A DNA stretch of 64,000 nucleotides from NCBI GenBank assembly GCA_963804165.1, contig CAWDPO010000017.1:96001-160000 (forward strand), read 5' to 3'. Shown here in pieces: positions 59,494 to 64,000 of this stretch. Made by a program: the position numbers and the translations under genes. Each line of letters starts with the position of its first letter. Position 1 is the first letter of the stretch. Source of the DNA: an uncultured delta proteobacterium (lineage in GTDB: Bacteria > Desulfobacterota > Binatia > UBA9968). The notes beneath the pieces are model-generated. The model saw only the letters and a list, made by a program, of their open reading frames with translations, had not been told where the DNA came from and did no database searches.

Positions 59494-60567
59494 CTACAAC
59501 ACGTGGAATGAGCGAATCTTGATAATGAGAAACACCGACATTCCTATTCGAAGGCCAAGTCTCGCGACGGCCGCAAAAGTGAGCCGGACAAAAAATTCGT
59601 CACCGGCGGAAACAGTCAACAGCGCCTCGCCGTCGAGTCGTTCCATTTTAGAAATTGTGCCAGGCAAGATATTGCCCGCTGAAATGCCTTTGGGACGTTC
59701 GGTGGCGACGAGAATATCGTCGGCGCTGACCCGAATTTGAAACTCCGGCTTTCCTGGACGCGACAAATAGGGAATGAAAAGTTCGGTGCCTGATGCAAGC
59801 CGGACTTGAGTATTTCCGGCTTCGCGGTTTGCTTGCACGAAGTTTACCGTCAAAACGTTTTCAAACTGTTCGTCGGCGAGTTGCGTGATAGCGTCGGCTG
59901 ATATCAGCGTTTCTTTCGGCACACCCGTGGCGATCAAGCGGCCTTGGCGGATCATCAATACCCAATCCGCCAAGGTTAGAACTTCGGTGAGATTGTGCGT
60001 AACGTAAATCATCGGAATGCCGAACTCGTCCCGAACGCGGGCGAGATAAGGCAGAATTCTTTCCTTGAGCGCGACGTCGAGCGCTGCCAGAGGTTCATCG
60101 AGCAAAAGCAATTGCGGTCCCGACAAGATCGCGCGCGCCAGAGCTACCCGCTGCGCCTCGCCGCCTGAAAGCCCCGTCACCGGACGATCCAAAAGTTTGT
60201 CGATTTCCAGAATTTCCAGCACATGATCCACCGCGATGCCCTTCGATGCGCGGAGGTTTTGGCTTCGGTCGCTTCCGAAAAGAATGTTCTTGCGCACGGA
60301 AAGATGGGGAAATAGGGCGCCTTCTTGCGGGACATAGCCGATACCCCGGCGCCGCGGCGGCCGATTGATGCCGCGTGCGGAGGAAAATAGAGTGTGGCCG
60401 TTGATTTCTATCTCGCCTTCGGTGATCTCGCGCAACCCGGCAATCGCGTCGAGGAGCGTTGTCTTACCAGATCCGGACGGACCGAATATTGCTGTTACGC
60501 GCGCGTCGAAGGCGAGTTCGACATCGAGCTCGAAGTGAGCGAGCGGGATGCGACATCGCAGCAACAT
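59494..60567 (-). CDS. modC: Molybdate ABC transporter ATP-binding protein
   Basis: GPSGSGKTT, LFPHLSV, LSGGEAQRVA, C-terminal TOBE (ISAGNIL); follows modB. Confidence 0.93.
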   Translation of the reverse strand: MLLRCRIPLAHFELDVELAFDARVTAIFGPSGSGKTTLLDAIAGLREITEGEIEINGHTLFSSARGINRPPRRRGIGYVPQEGALFPHLSVRKNILFGSDRSQNLRASKGIAVDHVLEILEIDKLLDRPVTGLSGGEAQRVALARAILSGPQLLLLDEPLAALDVALKERILPYLARVRDEFGIPMIYVTHNLTEVLTLADWVLMIRQGRLIATGVPKETLISADAITQLADEQFENVLTVNFVQANREAGNTQVRLASGTELFIPYLSRPGKPEFQIRVSADDILVATERPKGISAGNILPGTISKMERLDGEALLTVSAGDEFFVRLTFAAVARLGLRIGMSVFLIIKIRSFHVL

Positions 60568-60568
60568 G

Positions 60569-61243
60569 TTAAGCCTTCTTTCCCGCGCGTAACAGCCATT
60601 CCGAGAACCATACGAACGCGAATGCGAGAAATACGGTGATTCCCAGCAAGGTGTACGCTTCGGCATCCTTGCCGGTCTGAACGAAATTGAAGATAGCCAA
60701 TGAAAGCGTCTGCGTTTGGCCGGGAATATTTCCAGCGAGCAGAATCGTCGCGCCGAACTCGCCCAGCGCGCGCGAGAAGGCGAGCAGGGCCCCGGCAATG
60801 ATGCCTTTATACGCGAGCGGCATCGTGATGACGAAGAAAATTCTCAGCGGCGAAGCGCCGAGGGTCGCGGCGATCTGTTCGAGCCGCGGATTTACTTCCG
60901 CGAATGAAGTGCGCACCGAGCGGACGAGCAGGGGAAAGGACATGACTGACATGGCGATCAGCACGCCTTTCCAGTTGAAGACGATTTCTATGCCGCGGTC
61001 GTAAAGCCACTGGCCGACCGGGCTTCGGCGGCCGAAAATTTTGAGCAGGATGAGGCCTGTCGATACCGGCGGCATGACCAACGGCAAGAGGACGACTGTT
61101 TCGACGACGCTTTTGAAGGGCCATTCCTGGCGCGCGAACAGCCAGGCGAGGGCGATGCCGACGGGGAGAATGACGAGCGTGCTGGCGAGACCGACGGCCA
61201 GGGAAAAGAGCGTGATCTGCCAGGTCTCTGGGGAAAGGTTCAC
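60569..61243 (-). CDS. modB: Molybdate ABC transporter permease
   Basis: LPLVMPPV, FSRALGEFGATI..AGNIPG. Confidence 0.95.
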   Translation of the reverse strand: MNLSPETWQITLFSLAVGLASTLVILPVGIALAWLFARQEWPFKSVVETVVLLPLVMPPVSTGLILLKIFGRRSPVGQWLYDRGIEIVFNWKGVLIAMSVMSFPLLVRSVRTSFAEVNPRLEQIAATLGASPLRIFFVITMPLAYKGIIAGALLAFSRALGEFGATILLAGNIPGQTQTLSLAIFNFVQTGKDAEAYTLLGITVFLAFAFVWFSEWLLRAGKKA

Positions 61244-61260
61244 GGGATAAAATTCGGCGC

Positions 61261-62067
61261 TTAATCGAGGACCACGAAGCCGTATTTTCGGAACGCTCCT
61301 TTGCCTGCGGAGCTTAAAATATAATTCAAAAAATCGCGCGCCGCTTCCTTCTTCTTTGACTCTTTAACGATTGCCACCGGATAGGTGATCTTTGGTCCTT
61401 TTTCGAGTGGGACTTGGAAAACAATTCGTACCTTGTTGGAAATCGCCGCATCGGTTTTATAGACAAATCCCGCTTCGACGTTGCCCGATTCCACCGCCGC
61501 GAGAGTCGCGCGCACGTCCAGCACCGGCACGACTTTGGATTTTATCTTTTCCCATAGGCCTTCCGCTGCTAGAAAGTTGGCCGTGTAAACGCCCACGGGA
61601 ACGGCCGCTGGATCCGCCAAGGCGATTTTTTTGACTTCGGCTTTCAGCAAGTCTTCGGGCGAGGCGATCGCGAGTTTAGAGTCCGCCGGAACAAGGATCA
61701 CCAACTGATTTGACAGCAGATGCTTTCGGGTGCCCGGTTCCAGCCGGCCATTCTTTTCCAGAAGATCCATCTGCGCCAGATCGGCAGAGAAAAACATGTC
61801 CGCCGGCGCGCCTTCGTCGATCTGCCGGGCCAGGAAATTGGAAGGTCCGAGCGTAAGCAGAATTTTGTGTTTGCTGTTCGCTTGGAAGTTCTTGCCGAGA
61901 TCTCTCAACACGTCCGTTAAGCTTGCTGCGGCGCAGACAAGAATCTCGTCCGCGCGGATGGCTTGCGGCGCTCCCAGAAGGAAGCAAAGAGTCAAGCATA
62001 ACACAGTCGATCTTTGTCGAATCCAAATGAATGGTTTCATCTCCCGCGAATTTGGTTTCTGCTTCAT
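61261..62067 (-). CDS. modA: Molybdate ABC transporter substrate-binding protein
   Basis: AAASLTD, LARQIDEGAPAD, VPVGVY, GFVYKTDA, ITYP. Confidence 0.95.
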   Translation of the reverse strand: MKQKPNSREMKPFIWIRQRSTVLCLTLCFLLGAPQAIRADEILVCAAASLTDVLRDLGKNFQANSKHKILLTLGPSNFLARQIDEGAPADMFFSADLAQMDLLEKNGRLEPGTRKHLLSNQLVILVPADSKLAIASPEDLLKAEVKKIALADPAAVPVGVYTANFLAAEGLWEKIKSKVVPVLDVRATLAAVESGNVEAGFVYKTDAAISNKVRIVFQVPLEKGPKITYPVAIVKESKKKEAARDFLNYILSSAGKGAFRKYGFVVLD

Positions 62068-62093
62068 AGTTTCAGGGACGGACTAAGTCGCAG

Positions 62094-63251
62094 TCAATTC
62101 GCTATCTCGATAATCTTGCCGCTCTCGCGCGTATCGTAACCGCCCAAGGCTTCGATCTCGTCTCTGAACGGTTTAGTGGCGATCAAATCGAGCAGAACTC
62201 GCAGCCCCGAAAGTGTTTCGTAATAGGTTTTTGGAATGATCAGATCATAGCGCTCCCGCTGCAGTGGCACGAAATCGATGCCAAAGATCGAGGCTGCGGC
62301 GCGCACGCCGATCCCGACATCCGCGAGTCCTGCTTTCACCCGTGACGCCACTTCGAGATGAGACGATGCTTCCTGGTCAAAGCCCTTAACGCACGTCGTC
62401 GGTATTGCCGACGACTCAAGTTGGCGGTCGAGCAGGCGACGCGCCCCCGAGCCCTTTTCTCGATTGATAAATCTGACGGTTGGACGCGCCAGATCCGTGA
62501 TGCGGCGAATACTTTTGGGATTGCCTTGGGCCACAATCAGACCTTCCTCCCAATGGGCGAAGGTGACGATCATGCAGTCCATGCCGCCGAGACTGCGCTT
62601 CAGATCGGGAATCTTCCATGCACCGGATCGCTCTTCGGCCAAATGGACGCCCGCCACATGAATTTCTCCACGTTTCAATGCACCGAGGGCAAGAGTGCTC
62701 CCCATGACGCGCGGAGCCAGTTGGTTGTCATCGATCCTGCTCAGATGCGCCGCGGCGAGAAACATCGCCGGATCGCAGCCGCCAACGACGACTTTGCGCC
62801 GGACTGACTCTCGGTCGACGAGCAGTTTTACTTTAACTCGCTTTTTCTTTGAATCACCGGAGGCAACGATTCCGTCGGCGGCGCCGTTCAAACTTGTCAG
62901 CTCGCCCCAACCATCGAGTGGTTGAACCAACAAACGATCGCCGATCTGAGTGAGTTGTACGCGCGCTGGGCTGGGTCCGCTCGGCAATCGGCCCAAGAGA
63001 TCGCCCTCTACAATCTCGCCGCTGCTTCTTATGCTGAACAAGTCCTCGACCCGACAACGCAGCGCCCGAGCCAAATGCAAAGCGACCGATGTGGCCGGTG
63101 AATACTGACTCGCCTCGACTGCACAAACCGCCTGGCGCGTGATACCCGCCATGTCGGCAAGTTTTTTCTGCGAAAGGCTCGCGGACTGGCGCCTATCGCG
63201 CAATCGATTCTCGTATTCCGGCAGGTTTTGTGGTTTTTGCTCGGATGCCAT
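62094..63251 (-). CDS. XRE-HTH plus molybdate-binding PBP-domain regulator
   Basis: SQKKLADMAGITRQAV HTH; GSTLALGAL, FINREKGSGAR, ERYDL. Confidence 0.88.
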   Translation of the reverse strand: MASEQKPQNLPEYENRLRDRRQSASLSQKKLADMAGITRQAVCAVEASQYSPATSVALHLARALRCRVEDLFSIRSSGEIVEGDLLGRLPSGPSPARVQLTQIGDRLLVQPLDGWGELTSLNGAADGIVASGDSKKKRVKVKLLVDRESVRRKVVVGGCDPAMFLAAAHLSRIDDNQLAPRVMGSTLALGALKRGEIHVAGVHLAEERSGAWKIPDLKRSLGGMDCMIVTFAHWEEGLIVAQGNPKSIRRITDLARPTVRFINREKGSGARRLLDRQLESSAIPTTCVKGFDQEASSHLEVASRVKAGLADVGIGVRAAASIFGIDFVPLQRERYDLIIPKTYYETLSGLRVLLDLIATKPFRDEIEALGGYDTRESGKIIEIAN

Positions 63252-63252
63252 A

Positions 63253-63275
63253 ATATCTAACATAAAGTCAGATAT
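63253..63275. promoter_or_regulatory. Palindromic candidate operator directly upstream of the regulator
   Basis: ATATCTAAC-ATAAA-GTCAGATAT (9-bp arms, one mismatch). Confidence 0.55.
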
Positions 63276-63329
63276 CATAGCCAAATGACCGATTCAATCT
63301 CCTAGGAGGTTGCTGAAAGCGATACCGGC

Positions 63330-63416
63330 GCTTCGAGGGCTTAGCATGAACGGAATTTCACCATTGATTTCAATCTTTCCTCCGTTCGTCCTGAGCCTTG
63401 TCGAAGGATGAACGGC
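63330..63416. repeat. REP-like doublet
   Basis: cttcgagggcttagcatgaacgga ... tccgttcgtcctgagccttgtcgaaggatgaacgg. Confidence 0.6.
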
Positions 63417-63516
63417 AAATCTCATCGCCGAGTTCTGATACTCCGAAGTCTACCGCGGTGTCGATCACTGCTGGAAAACCAAAGTAGGGTTGCTAGCTGT
63501 ATCGGTTGCGGTTTGA

Positions 63517-63765
63517 TTATCGGCGCCTGAGCCAACGAGTGAAATTCGTGGCGACTTTTCTCGGCGGACACAAAGACCTTTTTCTAGCGAAGCTGTGAGC
63601 GGCAAGCTCGAGGCCGACAAGATCGATCTTTTCGAGCGCCGTGCACTCGTCCGCGGTCAAGCCGGCGTTTAAAGCTTCGCGGTGCGGGTCGGCGAGAAAG
63701 CGCGAGCGCGTTTGATCGTCGACGTAAAGTTTCGCCAGGAAGATTTCGAACTTTTGCGCTCTCAT
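63517..63765 (-). CDS. Small helical partner protein of the DUF692 gene
   Basis: FLAKLYVDDQTRSRFLADP...AGLTADE; ATGA overlap with the upstream DUF692 stop. Confidence 0.7.
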   Translation of the reverse strand: MRAQKFEIFLAKLYVDDQTRSRFLADPHREALNAGLTADECTALEKIDLVGLELAAHSFARKRSLCPPRKVATNFTRWLRRR

Positions 63766-64000
63766 GCTGCCTCTGATACCGCTCTTGATTGCTTCGCTCG
63801 CCCGCGCCGCAGCGCCTCACAGGCGCGATCGACTTGATTCAACAGGATCTCGATTGGCGGATATCGACCATCGCGTTCGAGGATCACTGTTAATGGATGA
63901 GGCGTCTTTACACCAATAAATTCTAAAAGTTCATATACGCCTTCGGGAACATCATGCAGATGGTCATCGAGCAGGCGTCGTTCGTCGGTGGTTTTTGCCT
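63762..64000 (-). CDS. DUF692 / multinuclear non-heme iron oxidase (MNIO), C-terminal part
   Basis: My translation, absent from the ORF track: AKTTDERRLLDDHLHDVPEGVYELLEFIG...TVILERDGRYPPIEILLNQVDRA...*; DxH and LERD motifs. Confidence 0.8.
   Translation of the reverse strand, partial: AKTTDERRLLDDHLHDVPEGVYELLEFIGVKTPHPLTVILERDGRYPPIEILLNQVDRACEALRRGRAKQSRAVSEAA

Overview
Bacterial chromosomal window of 64 kb made up almost entirely of metabolic and transport genes. The many stand-alone solute-binding proteins, the UbiD/Rieske/cupin genes and the REP-like intergenic palindromes resemble soil Candidatus Binatia-type genomes (inference only). The first ~19.8 kb is heavily frameshifted, most likely uncorrected long-read indels; the rest is mostly intact. 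Main blocks: ThDP enzymes, GST, HAD, M24 and an FdhF/YdeP oxidoreductase with a NarM-like partner (1-10 kb); a CoA-lyase/acyl-CoA dehydrogenase/MaoC/CoA-transferase cluster resembling itaconate/methylsuccinate catabolism (17.4-23 kb); benzoate-CoA ligase with a Liv-type ABC transporter (34-40.4 kb); modABC with an HTH-PBP regulator; and, at the right edge, the C-terminus of a DUF692 (MNIO) enzyme coupled to a small helical partner. The best candidate for an undescribed system is a LysR-divergent 10-gene catabolic operon (44.3-59.3 kb). It encodes a cytoplasmic beta-propeller, a UbiD-family protein whose catalytic Arg and Glu are both replaced (Ala, Ser), a Rieske oxygenase, two bicupins, two duplicated SBPs, an enoyl-CoA hydratase, an HMG-CoA-lyase-like enzyme, an acyl-CoA ligase and a TctC-like protein. 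Also notable are two small insertions with target-site duplications, a degenerate LspA-like protein and a TAXI-like protein with no signal peptide. I saw no rRNA, tRNA, CRISPR array or transposase. All family calls come from recognising motifs by eye; no searches were run.
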